From: an uncultured virus (IMG/VR IMGVR_UViG_3300022841_000001)
Lineage: Duplodnaviria; Heunggongvirae; Uroviricota; Caudoviricetes; Crassvirales
Length of the DNA stretch: 64,000 bases
Direction: 5' to 3' (one strand)
IMG/VR virus record: IMGVR_UViG_3300022841_000001
Of the stretch, positions 24,401-33,437 are shown piece after piece; the first letter of the stretch is position 1, and every line of letters starts with the position of its first letter. The notes beneath the pieces are model-generated. The model saw only the letters and a program-made list of their open reading frames with translations. It was not told the origin of the DNA and made no database searches. The translations under genes were made by a program, and so were the position numbers.

Positions 24401-25987
24401 ATGAGTAATTACATTCCAAAGAACCTTGATTTTGACAGTGCTGGAAGGGACAAATTAATTCAGGGTATTACAAAGATTTCCAAGGCTGTAAAAAGCACGC
24501 TTGGGCCGAGAGGAAAAACTGTATTAATTGAGTCCACGGATCATCTTGGTGGGATTGTTATTACTAAGGATGGTGTTACTGTGGCCAACTCTATTTTTTT
24601 GAATGACCCTATTGAAAATTTAGCTGTTCAGATGCTGAAGGATGCTGCTCGCAAGACGGCTAATACTGCAGGTGATGGAACGACTACTGCTATTGTTTTG
24701 ACTGAGGCTATTGTTTTGGCTGGTCAGGAATTTTTAGATTCTGGGAGTAATGTTTCGGAGGTTGTTAAGTTCATAAATGATTATAGTGAGTTTGTGGTTG
24801 ATGTTTTGACTGAGAATTCAAAAGCAATTAGTGACTCTATGTTACATGACGTTGCTACTATTTCATCAAACAATGACCATGAGCTGGGTGGTATCATTTC
24901 TGATGCTTACAAGAAAGTTGGAAAGAATGGTATTGTAACTATTGAGCGATCTCAAAACCATGAGACATATGCAACGGTAACTGAGGGTATAAAAATAGAC
25001 AGGGGTTACACTTCTAATTTATTTATTACCAACCAGAAAAACGATGAATGTGTTCTGGAGGATGTTCATATTTTAGTGTGTGACCAGGAGATAAGTAACC
25101 TACTACAATTGGAGCCTTTATTAAAACCATTGATGGCGAAAAACAAGAAGCTTTTGATAATCGGGCCTTGCTCGGTAAATGTTGTACAGACTTTGGCTTT
25201 AAATGTTGTTCGTCAAGGATTCAAGATGTGTAATATAATGCCACCTCAGTTTGGTTACAAGCAGCATGAATTAATGCAAGACATTGCTATGTCTGTTGGC
25301 GCCAAGTATTTCTCTGAAAAGACCGGTGATGATTTGAGTCACATATCTATTGATGACTTAGGGCATGCTGACAAGATCATTTGTGGAAAAAGTCAAACGG
25401 TTGTTGTGAAAGGAAAAGAGGTTACACCTGAAATATCTACAAGGATTGAAGAGTTGAAGGAGCAGCAAAGAAATACGACTATCACTGCTGACCGTGAATT
25501 TATAAACGAGCGTATCGCAAGTCTATCTGGATCAATTGGATCTATATTTGTTGGGGCTAATTCTGACATTGAGCAGAAAGAAAAGTACGACAGAGTCGAG
25601 GATGCTGTTTGTGCGGTAAGATCTGCATTGGAAGAAGGAATTGTAAAAGGTGGAGGAGTTGCTCTTATGGAGTCATCGATTAAACTTGATGGAATTCCAG
25701 TCCCAGAAAACCAAGACCAGATGGTCGCATTGAATATTTTAAAGAATGCTTGCTTAGAGCCTATTGCTCAGATAATTAAAAACGCAGGTAAGGATTTTGT
25801 TGAGGTTTACTCTACTGCTAACGGAAAAGGTTATGATGTAAAGGCAGAGGTTTACGGAGATATGTTTGAGATGGGAATTATTGATCCCTTGAAGGTAACA
25901 AAAAATGCATTTAAAAATGCGGTGAGTGTTGCAACGACTATCCTAACCACAAACGCGATTATTACACACGCGCGCGCGAGAGATTAA
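24401..25987 (+). CDS. groEL: Phage-encoded chaperonin GroEL (Cpn60)
   Basis: STLGPRG, ITKDGVTVA, AGDGTTTA, DRGY, EEGIVxGGG and GIIDPLKVT motifs. Confidence 0.97.
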   Translation: MSNYIPKNLDFDSAGRDKLIQGITKISKAVKSTLGPRGKTVLIESTDHLGGIVITKDGVTVANSIFLNDPIENLAVQMLKDAARKTANTAGDGTTTAIVLTEAIVLAGQEFLDSGSNVSEVVKFINDYSEFVVDVLTENSKAISDSMLHDVATISSNNDHELGGIISDAYKKVGKNGIVTIERSQNHETYATVTEGIKIDRGYTSNLFITNQKNDECVLEDVHILVCDQEISNLLQLEPLLKPLMAKNKKLLIIGPCSVNVVQTLALNVVRQGFKMCNIMPPQFGYKQHELMQDIAMSVGAKYFSEKTGDDLSHISIDDLGHADKIICGKSQTVVVKGKEVTPEISTRIEELKEQQRNTTITADREFINERIASLSGSIGSIFVGANSDIEQKEKYDRVEDAVCAVRSALEEGIVKGGGVALMESSIKLDGIPVPENQDQMVALNILKNACLEPIAQIIKNAGKDFVEVYSTANGKGYDVKAEVYGDMFEMGIIDPLKVTKNAFKNAVSVATTILTTNAIITHARARD

Positions 25988-25998
25988 AACTAAAAGAG

Positions 25999-26205
25999 AT
26001 GGCTAAAGCAGCATACCTTGGTACTGAACTTAACGATGAGGCTAAAAAGCGCATACTAAACACAGAGTTTTTTGTAGATCTAGAGATTCACTCTATTGAT
26101 TTATGGGATGCTTTATTGTCAAATGGTTTAGATGTGGAGCAATGGTCTGAGAAAAACAATGGAAATCAAATTTATTTAAAAAATACAGAGTATGACACCA
26201 ATTAA
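25999..26205 (+). CDS. Hypothetical protein between groEL and groES
   Basis: ATG ORF overlapping the groES start. Confidence 0.6.
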   Translation: MAKAAYLGTELNDEAKKRILNTEFFVDLEIHSIDLWDALLSNGLDVEQWSEKNNGNQIYLKNTEYDTN

Positions 26206-26449
26206 CAAATACATAGTTATCAAAACAATTGACGAGGAGATGAAAACTCAGTCCGGATTTCTTTTGTCTTCCACAGATGTGGATGGATTTAGGTACAAAA
26301 AGGGCATCATAGTAAAACCTGGAACCGAAGTTAGTGTTATTGAGGTTGGTGATACAATATACTATGATAAAAACTCAGGTTGTACGCTTATGATCAACGA
26401 TGAAACATTTACCATAATTCAAGAAAGAGATGTGGTTATTGTTTTATAA
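26192..26449 (+). CDS. groES: Co-chaperonin GroES (Cpn10)
   Basis: MTPINKYIVI, KTQSGFLL mobile loop, VGDTIYY, IIQERDVVIVL. Confidence 0.9.
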   Translation: MTPINKYIVIKTIDEEMKTQSGFLLSSTDVDGFRYKKGIIVKPGTEVSVIEVGDTIYYDKNSGCTLMINDETFTIIQERDVVIVL

Positions 26450-26519
26450 GAAATAAAACCGTACATTTGGAACTATGTCGATTCCATTTGACACAATTTT
26501 CTTTTTTATAGCAACTTTT

Positions 26520-26547
26520 CCCACCTCTCTACGATGTGGGTTTTTTT
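26520..26547 (+). terminator. Probable terminator of the groEL operon
   Basis: CCCAC...GTGGG followed by a T7 tract. Confidence 0.5.
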
Positions 26548-26999
26548 ATTTCAGCATTCATCTTAACTATCATAGATCGGTTTGCTTCTTCCATGTAGGT
26601 TAGATTTTTTTTGAACAGTGGATTTGTTGCAGGAAGTTCAGAAATCTCCTCACCATTTAATTTTTTGTAAACGGTATTTATTATTCTTTTTGATCTGTAC
26701 GTCAATTCGTAAAGTGTTGCTTCGGATCCGGTTCGTTTTCTCCAGACATGAATATAGTCATCGGTAAGAAGTTGCTTAAATCTTTTTACATCCCAAGCCA
26801 TAACATATTCAAATTCTTTAAATTTTTCTTTGTTGAATATCTGTTCGCTGTATAGAAATAATAGCATTTCTAAATCAGGGGTTCCTAGTCCATATTTTTT
26901 CTTGACCCAAAATCTAACGACTCTCCAATATTTTAAAAAATCGTGTTCAGGCTGGGTTCTCCAAGTATTCTTGTGCTGCTGTACTCCTTTAACTTTCAT
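26529..26999 (-). CDS. Winged-HTH (MarR-like) regulator, probable
   Basis: LGTPDLEMLLFLY...RFKQLLTDDYI...LYELTYRSKRII; lone minus-strand gene in the late arm. Confidence 0.6.
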   Translation of the reverse strand: MKVKGVQQHKNTWRTQPEHDFLKYWRVVRFWVKKKYGLGTPDLEMLLFLYSEQIFNKEKFKEFEYVMAWDVKRFKQLLTDDYIHVWRKRTGSEATLYELTYRSKRIINTVYKKLNGEEISELPATNPLFKKNLTYMEEANRSMIVKMNAEIKKPTS

Positions 27000-27012
27000 T
27001 AGATTAAATTCT

Positions 27013-27030
27013 TTATCTTTGTAAAGATAA
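27013..27030. promoter_or_regulatory. Palindromic overlapping divergent promoters
   Basis: TTATCTTT-GT-AAAGATAA gives TATCTTTG on + and TATCTTTA on -. Confidence 0.6.
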
Positions 27031-27047
27031 TTATAAATAAATAAATC

Positions 27048-27155
27048 ATGCCAAAAGTAGGAAACAAGAAGTTCGCTTATACTGAAAAAGGAAAAAAAGC
27101 CGCAAAAGCGGCAGCAAAAAAAACAGGAAAGAAGGTAGTTAAAAAGAAATACTAA
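27048..27155 (+). CDS. 35-aa Lys/Ala-rich basic peptide (not in ORF track)
   Basis: MPKVGNKKFAYTEKGKKAAKAAAKKTGKKVVKKKY; TAATG coupling to the next gene. Confidence 0.7.
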   Translation: MPKVGNKKFAYTEKGKKAAKAAAKKTGKKVVKKKY

Positions 27156-27409
27156 TGGCTACTCCAAGAAAGGGTAAAGCAAAAGTTAAGGTAACCTCTT
27201 CAGGTAAAAAGGTCAGTTATGGTCAGGCAGGTAATGCAAAAGGAGGAGGGCCAAGAGTAAAGCCTGGAACAAGTAAGGGTGATAGTTATTGCGCTAGAAG
27301 TCTTGGTATAAAAAAAGGTCTTTCTATGAGTAAGCAAAACGACCCGAATACTCCAAACAATTTATCTCGTAAGAGGTGGAAATGTTCAGGGGCTAAGTCA
27401 AAAAAGTAA
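27155..27409 (+). CDS. Small basic phage protein
   Basis: VSYGQ...SYCARS...PNNLSRKRWKC pattern. Confidence 0.75.
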   Translation: MATPRKGKAKVKVTSSGKKVSYGQAGNAKGGGPRVKPGTSKGDSYCARSLGIKKGLSMSKQNDPNTPNNLSRKRWKCSGAKSKK

Positions 27410-27459
27410 ATTAAGGTATTAGGTTTTTATTCAACCCAAAAGATTGAGATAAATATTTG

Positions 27460-27467
27460 TATATTTG
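27460..27467 (+). promoter_or_regulatory. Promoter -7 element
   Basis: TATATTTG in an intergenic region. Confidence 0.6.
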
Positions 27468-27500
27468 TGTTAGTTGGATTAATAATTAAAATTTTATACT

Positions 27501-27623
27501 ATGGCAAAAAAACCTGTTACAAAAAAAAAGGAGGTGAAGAAAAAACCTGTTGAAATCACAATGTCAAGCAAGGTGCAGCATATTAAGATTTACAGAAAAT
27601 ATAACCCCTTAAGAAATGACTAG
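27501..27623 (+). CDS. 40-aa basic peptide (not in ORF track)
   Basis: MAKKPVTKKKEVKKKPVEITMSSKVQHIKIYRKYNPLRND. Confidence 0.55.
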   Translation: MAKKPVTKKKEVKKKPVEITMSSKVQHIKIYRKYNPLRND

Positions 27624-27801
27624 GAAAGCCATAACAGTAGTAACTAAAACTTCAAGAGGTTTTGGGGATAGTGTAGAAAAGTTCACCCAAGCTACGGGTA
27701 TAAAAAAAGTAGTAGATAAAATATCAGAAGCAACAGGTAAGGATTGTGGATGTAAAGGCAGAAAAGACGCTCTTAATCGTGCGTTTCCTTATAAAAGATA
27801 A
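27616..27801 (+). CDS. Small conserved phage protein
   Basis: GFGDSVEKFTQATGIKK...DCGCKGRKDALN. Confidence 0.75.
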   Translation: MTRKAITVVTKTSRGFGDSVEKFTQATGIKKVVDKISEATGKDCGCKGRKDALNRAFPYKR

Positions 27802-27832
27802 AAGAGATTTTTAACCCTCTAAATAAAAAATA

Positions 27833-28393
27833 ATGGCATACCCAAAGATTACTGTAAATACAGGACTGGCTTTAGAGATTATAGCTAGTGATTCATTACC
27901 AATACCATCTTCGGATCTACCGAAGAAAAGCGGTCAATCAACCGGAACTTCCGCAGGGAAGTTAACAGATACAAATGCAAATTTTTCCAGCGTAAGTGTT
28001 AATGATATCATTTACAACACAACAGACAAAACATCAGCAATAGTAACTGCTATTGATAGTAATACTGTTATATCAGTATCAGAAGACATCTTTGTTTCTG
28101 GTGATAATTATACAGCATTTTTAGGAGGGCCAAATGGTTCTTCAAGAATAAATTCTTCAGAGGGTTGTCTTCTTTATGTTGGAAGCAATTCTGAAATTAA
28201 GCAAAACATTAGTGGATCAGCAGGAGGAACTGCAGACCCTAGGTATGTGGACATTTCAGTTAAAACAACATCAGGAGCAGATGTTATTTTCAAAAACTTT
28301 AAAGTTGGTAGCTATCTGCCAATACAGATAACAAATCTTTATACGACAAATACAACAGCGTCTGCACAGAATTTCTGCGTAGCTGTTTGGTAA
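27833..28393 (+). CDS. Probable structural protein
   Basis: Beta-rich and Ser/Thr/Gly-rich; LYVG...GSYLPIQI. Confidence 0.6.
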   Translation: MAYPKITVNTGLALEIIASDSLPIPSSDLPKKSGQSTGTSAGKLTDTNANFSSVSVNDIIYNTTDKTSAIVTAIDSNTVISVSEDIFVSGDNYTAFLGGPNGSSRINSSEGCLLYVGSNSEIKQNISGSAGGTADPRYVDISVKTTSGADVIFKNFKVGSYLPIQITNLYTTNTTASAQNFCVAVW

Positions 28394-28403
28394 TAATATT
28401 CAA

Positions 28404-28568
28404 ATGAAAATGACAGACGTGAAAATATATATGTTAAATGGGGTCGCAATAGCCCTCAATTTTACTGCAATCGAAATAGGTCTAAAAATAATACTAACTG
28501 CTGTTGTAATAGGATACACGGTAAATAAATGGTGGATAATGTACCGCGATAATAAAAAAAATGAGTAG
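28404..28568 (+). CDS. Putative holin (not in ORF track)
   Basis: MKMTDVKIYMLNGVAIALNFTAIEIGLKIILTAVVIGYTVNKWWIMYRDNKKNE; hydrophobic helices, MKM dual-start pattern, overlaps the lysin start. Confidence 0.6.
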   Translation: MKMTDVKIYMLNGVAIALNFTAIEIGLKIILTAVVIGYTVNKWWIMYRDNKKNE

Positions 28569-28995
28569 AAAAGTTATTCTTCAAAGAGTTTGGTCAGATG
28601 AAAATCAGTCTACAGGATCTTTAATTGTTTTAGAGGAAACTGGTCAGCCAGTATACTTAAGTCCCTGTATTGAAAGAGGTGACAGAAACAATCAAAAGAA
28701 CGTGTCAAATATTCCTGCAGGAACATATCCATTAGTTTTCGAGCATTCTCCAAAGTTTGGAATGTGTTGGGAAATAAAGGAAGTTCCGAATAGATCGGAA
28801 TGTAAGATACATGCAGCTAATTTTTGGGATCAGATAAATGGTTGCATTGCTCCTGCTTCTTTTTTAGGTAAACTTAATTCTGACGGATACTATGACGCGT
28901 TGTCAAGTGGTGACGCACTCGATAGGTTCAACAAGGCACTGGAAGGTATGGAGAACGAGGTTATTACAATAACTGTTTACAATTCTTATATTTAA
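28561..28995 (+). CDS. DUF5675-type putative endolysin
   Basis: IPAGTY, SPKF, VPNRSECKIHAAN...GCI with a His/Cys pair. Confidence 0.75.
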   Translation: MSRKVILQRVWSDENQSTGSLIVLEETGQPVYLSPCIERGDRNNQKNVSNIPAGTYPLVFEHSPKFGMCWEIKEVPNRSECKIHAANFWDQINGCIAPASFLGKLNSDGYYDALSSGDALDRFNKALEGMENEVITITVYNSYI

Positions 28996-28998
28996 AAT

Positions 28999-29124
28999 AT
29001 GGCATACAAGCAAAAGTGTTGGAAAGGCTACGAAGCTAAAGGAATGAAAAAATCACCAAGTGGTAAAAAGACTGCTGGTGGTAAAACAAAAATGGTAAAC
29101 AACTGCGTTAAGAAAAAGGCTTAA
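28999..29124 (+). CDS. 41-aa basic peptide with CWKGY...NCV motif (not in ORF track)
   Basis: MAYKQKCWKGYEAKGMKKSPSGKKTAGGKTKMVNNCVKKKA. Confidence 0.65.
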   Translation: MAYKQKCWKGYEAKGMKKSPSGKKTAGGKTKMVNNCVKKKA

Positions 29125-29164
29125 ATGCTTATGGAAAAACCTGGTTGAAAAAAATTACAAAACA

Positions 29165-29620
29165 ATGAGTAAAAAGAAACCATTCAAAGAAACTAAGTTA
29201 GGTAAATTTCTTGGTAAAATTGCACCTTCAATATTAGATGTTGCAAGTGATATACTTCCTGATGCTGGTTTATTAGGTATGGTGAGTAAGCTTATAAAAG
29301 GGGATCCAAGTATTTCACCTGAAGATAAGGAAGTAGCAAATAAGTATATACAGGAAATGTATGCCCTTGAAGTTGCTGATAGAGATTCGGCAAGAAGCAG
29401 AGAGGTTGAAATTGCAAAAACTCAAAAACAAGACTGGATGATGCTAGCTACTGGACTTACCGGATTGTTTTCTTTTATTTTTATGATCTATGCTGTTGTT
29501 TACATACCTGCTGTTTTAGATAACGATTTATTTGTTCATTTAATGGGTATGATTGAGGGAGTTGTAATTAGTAATATTTTTGCTTATTACTATGGCACAA
29601 GTGCTGAGAATAGAAAATAA
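29165..29620 (+). CDS. Holin-like membrane protein
   Basis: DRDSARSRE, two TM helices, YYYGTS C-terminus. Confidence 0.7.
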   Translation: MSKKKPFKETKLGKFLGKIAPSILDVASDILPDAGLLGMVSKLIKGDPSISPEDKEVANKYIQEMYALEVADRDSARSREVEIAKTQKQDWMMLATGLTGLFSFIFMIYAVVYIPAVLDNDLFVHLMGMIEGVVISNIFAYYYGTSAENRK

Positions 29621-29629
29621 AAAAATTAA

Positions 29630-30343
29630 ATGGCAAGAATTAGTTCATATGTAAATAATACACCTGTTGTTGCCGCGGATAAGTGGATCGGTTCAGATTC
29701 TGTCAATAAGCAACAGACAAAAAATTTCACAGCACAATTGGTTGCTGATTTTATTAATAGTTTTGGGGCAGATGCTCAGAACTTACGTTATAAGTATAAT
29801 CGATCAGAAGATTATCAAACTGGATGTATTTCCTTCGAAGACGGTGGAAATGAAACAGTTCCTTTAAATGGAATTACCTCTATGAATTTAGGAGTATTTC
29901 AATTAAGAAGTACTTATGTAGGTGTTAGTAATTTTATAACTGGCGCTCTTGTTGGTTCTGATATTTTACTTACAGAGTGTAATGATGTAAAAAATTGGGC
30001 TATATATACTTTGGAGTCTGCTGTATTAAGGGACAATGAATTAGAGTATGAGGTTTCGCTTAAATTTAAAACTGGTGGAGGTGTACTAAAAGAGGATGAT
30101 GAATATTTTATTTCTTTATTAAGGTTTGATTCCGCAAGAGAAGGTGATGCAAATAAGGTAGCAAATTTAAATGGCGAGTCTTTAGTTTATGTGATAAATC
30201 ATGACTTAAATAAATTTCCATCGGTATCAATAATTCAGTCTTCAACTGGTAATCAAATTTTTGGAGACGTAAAATATAACACAGAAAATCAATGTACACT
30301 AACTTTTACGAGTTTAGTTACTGGAACTGTAACATTCAATTAA
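29630..30343 (+). CDS. Tail/structural protein
   Basis: MARISSY...DKWIGSD start; HDLNKFPSV fibre-type repeat. Confidence 0.7.
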   Translation: MARISSYVNNTPVVAADKWIGSDSVNKQQTKNFTAQLVADFINSFGADAQNLRYKYNRSEDYQTGCISFEDGGNETVPLNGITSMNLGVFQLRSTYVGVSNFITGALVGSDILLTECNDVKNWAIYTLESAVLRDNELEYEVSLKFKTGGGVLKEDDEYFISLLRFDSAREGDANKVANLNGESLVYVINHDLNKFPSVSIIQSSTGNQIFGDVKYNTENQCTLTFTSLVTGTVTFN

Positions 30344-30355
30344 AATAATAGTATT

Positions 30356-32017
30356 ATGGCAATAGCTTATTTAGTGGGAATTGATCTTAATAATAATCAA
30401 TTACTAGACTTTAAAGTAGATAACAGAACTTCAGACCAAACTGATTTATCAGGTGTTGGTCAGTTAATTTATAGAACGGATATAAACGTTTTAAAGTATC
30501 ACACAGGTTCAAACAATTGGGTTACAATTGGTAAAAGCACGGACTCTTGGATTTTATCTGGAGATAGTGGTACAAATCAAACTATTAGTAACGACAATGT
30601 TGTTCTTATATCTGGAGGTTCTTATTTATCAAGTGTTGTTTCAGCTACTGATACTTTAACTATAAGTCATAATGATACAGCAAGGACAGATACTTCATCT
30701 TCAGATAGTCCTACGCACGGAACGGCTTTTACTGTTATCGATAGTGTTTCAACGAATGCTACTGGACACGTTACTGGTGCTAATGTAAAAACAATTACAC
30801 TACCAAACGACAACGATACTTCTCTTCCTATTAAAAATAGTGCAGGAACATTAGAGTTTACTGCAGAAGATACAGAAGGTATTAGGTTTGGAGCTACTGG
30901 GGGGTCAAGTGTTACTTTTAATAGTGCCACTAAACTTGTAACTTATAACTCTGCTGACAATAATGAAACATATACATTACCAGTTTCTGCCGGAGGCACT
31001 AATAATGCTGTATTAAGTTTAACTGCCGGAGGCACTGGTTCAGGTGTTAAATCTACTGTGTCATTTATTGGTGGTTCTGTAGATAGAATACTTGTAACTG
31101 AAAACGCAGTAAATAATGGTTCAATTACTATTGACTTACCTGATACAGTTGTACTTGTTGAGGATTTAGAAGTTGGTCGAGATCTTAAAGCTACTCGTAA
31201 CTTATCGGTAACTGGACTTGGGTCTTTTATTGGTGAGGTAACTGTTCCAACTGCAACTGCTGATGGAAATGCACCAAATTTAGGGCAAGTAAAATTACTT
31301 ATTGCTGGGGTTGGAGTGTTTCAAGGATCTTATGATGCTGATGCAAATTCACCTGCTTTAGAAGGAGGTAGTAATATTGCTTTAGAACAAGGTGATTATT
31401 TTGTTGTGTCCGTTGCTGGTGAGTTTTTGGGTGAATCTTTAGAGCCAGGAAATTTTATATTTGCAAACAATGCGATTGCAGCTAATTCAAGTCCTGATAT
31501 TTCTAACTATACTACTGTTAAGGCTGATGACAATGTCGCTGGCGCAGGAGCTACGGATGGAGATACTCAGAAAGGTGTAGCTGGTTTTGATAGTGAAAAC
31601 TTTACAGTTTCAGCAAATGGATGGGTTAAGTTAATTGATAGATCTGTTGCAGGAACTAAAGGCTCAGCAAGCAAATCAAATGTCATTACCACTAGTAAAG
31701 AAGGTATTATAACTGCAGCATCTGATGTAGATATTAATATTACTGCTTCTCAAGTAAGTGATTTTTGCACAGCAGTTCAAACTTGTGTTGCTGACAATAG
31801 TGATACCGTATTAATAGGTGATGGTACTGCAACGAGCTATACTATAACTCATAATTATAATACAAGAAAAATAGCCGTACAGACGGTAAGGGCTGGAACT
31901 CCTTATGACACAGTGTATATGGATGTTGAAAGAACTACTGTAAATACAATTACTTTAACAACGACAACAGCTTTGGCTGCAAACGCTGTAGAAGTTTATT
32001 TACAGATAATTAAATAA
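30356..32017 (+). CDS. Tail fibre/structural protein
   Basis: Gly/Thr/Ser-rich; C-terminal IGDGTATSYTITHNYNTR module. Confidence 0.75.
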   Translation: MAIAYLVGIDLNNNQLLDFKVDNRTSDQTDLSGVGQLIYRTDINVLKYHTGSNNWVTIGKSTDSWILSGDSGTNQTISNDNVVLISGGSYLSSVVSATDTLTISHNDTARTDTSSSDSPTHGTAFTVIDSVSTNATGHVTGANVKTITLPNDNDTSLPIKNSAGTLEFTAEDTEGIRFGATGGSSVTFNSATKLVTYNSADNNETYTLPVSAGGTNNAVLSLTAGGTGSGVKSTVSFIGGSVDRILVTENAVNNGSITIDLPDTVVLVEDLEVGRDLKATRNLSVTGLGSFIGEVTVPTATADGNAPNLGQVKLLIAGVGVFQGSYDADANSPALEGGSNIALEQGDYFVVSVAGEFLGESLEPGNFIFANNAIAANSSPDISNYTTVKADDNVAGAGATDGDTQKGVAGFDSENFTVSANGWVKLIDRSVAGTKGSASKSNVITTSKEGIITAASDVDINITASQVSDFCTAVQTCVADNSDTVLIGDGTATSYTITHNYNTRKIAVQTVRAGTPYDTVYMDVERTTVNTITLTTTTALAANAVEVYLQIIK

Positions 32018-32030
32018 TTAAAAATATTTT

Positions 32031-33434
32031 ATGGCTTTTACGTGGTTATCAGGATTTTCAGTAGATGGTAATGTGGGAATTGGTACTCTCAGTTCTGGCG
32101 CTGCTTTAACTTTACAAACAGCACCAGACGCTCAAGCTTTAAATATAATTGGTAGGTCTGATGGGTTAGGGTTTTTGCAATTTTTTGGTTCAGACGGTTC
32201 TACCTTGTATGGTTCAATTGGAGGGAGTTCAAGCGGTCTGTCTTTTGCAGGAAACGTAACTTTAGGAGGATTAATGAGTGTAGCAAATAACGCTACTTTT
32301 GGGGGTAATATAATCTTTTCTAAAAACAATCCAAGTATTGGGCTTAGTACTTCTGATGGAAATGATAATCAGGTATTTAAACTTTACGGTGGTGGTTCTG
32401 CTTCTGGATCAAGGGGTGCGGTTATTCAATTATTTGGAAACGAACATGCTACAAATTCTGGTGAATTATATTTAGCTGCTGGAAGTGGTTATAAAGTTAA
32501 GATTGCTAGTGAAGCTGAATTCTCTACTAACGCTACGTTTAAAGGTAGTGTCTTTATTGAAGGAGCAGATAAATCTATTAGAATAAATAACGGAACACAA
32601 CCTGTCGTGTATTTAGGTGATGGCGGAGCTAATACTGACGGTCAGTTGTTGCTTTATAGTAGCGCTGGAGCTGTTAATGTTGTGTTTAATGGAGATAACC
32701 AAAACCACTACATAGTAAATGGTAATCTAGGTATTGGAACTAGTGGCCCTACTAAAAAATTACACGTATTAAACTCTGAAAATGAAGCTCAAATACGTTT
32801 GGGTCAATCGGGGTCAGGGTCATATGATTTAGGGGTCTATGCTGATGATACATTTTCAATAGGTAGAGATGCCGATACCCAGGAATTTAATATAAAAAAC
32901 GGTAACGTAGGTATTGGGACTACTAGTCCTGGCGCAAAGCTAGATGTAGACGGTGCAGGTAAATTCTCTGGACAGGTTACAATTCCTGAAACTCCAGTTG
33001 CAGATACAGATGCGGCAAGTAAGGCTTATGTTGATAGTAAAACTTTACCTGGTACTTTTGTTGTTCGTTCAAAGAATGTTACTATAAGTCAAAACTTTGC
33101 CACAGTTTGCACTGTAAACTTATCTAACCATACTGGGTGTTACGTAACAGTAACTTGTTTTGGTGATTGGCCAAGTCATAGTACGGCTGCTTACAGGGGC
33201 GAATTTTTTCTTCAAAATGGTGCTGGGGGTCATGCTGAGCCTGGGATGATTATTAGGCAAGACGACAACACTTCGGATTCAACTGATCAGATAATAGCTC
33301 AGATAGTAGATCCACCATCAAGTAATCCAGCAAATTTTATAATTCAATTAAGGCACACAGATACATCGGCACCTGTTGGTTTTACAGGTGTAATAACATT
33401 TACTGTTCAAGGACAATTTAATTCAGTATCATAA
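32031..33434 (+). CDS. Tail fibre protein
   Basis: GNVGIGT repeats; DAASKAYVD. Confidence 0.8.
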   Translation: MAFTWLSGFSVDGNVGIGTLSSGAALTLQTAPDAQALNIIGRSDGLGFLQFFGSDGSTLYGSIGGSSSGLSFAGNVTLGGLMSVANNATFGGNIIFSKNNPSIGLSTSDGNDNQVFKLYGGGSASGSRGAVIQLFGNEHATNSGELYLAAGSGYKVKIASEAEFSTNATFKGSVFIEGADKSIRINNGTQPVVYLGDGGANTDGQLLLYSSAGAVNVVFNGDNQNHYIVNGNLGIGTSGPTKKLHVLNSENEAQIRLGQSGSGSYDLGVYADDTFSIGRDADTQEFNIKNGNVGIGTTSPGAKLDVDGAGKFSGQVTIPETPVADTDAASKAYVDSKTLPGTFVVRSKNVTISQNFATVCTVNLSNHTGCYVTVTCFGDWPSHSTAAYRGEFFLQNGAGGHAEPGMIIRQDDNTSDSTDQIIAQIVDPPSSNPANFIIQLRHTDTSAPVGFTGVITFTVQGQFNSVS

Positions 33435-33437
33435 ATT

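Noticed and set aside
25963..25982. ACACACGCGCGCGCGAGAGA alternating tract at the end of groEL
   Set aside because: Single short occurrence within coding sequence (THARARD); no supporting evidence of function
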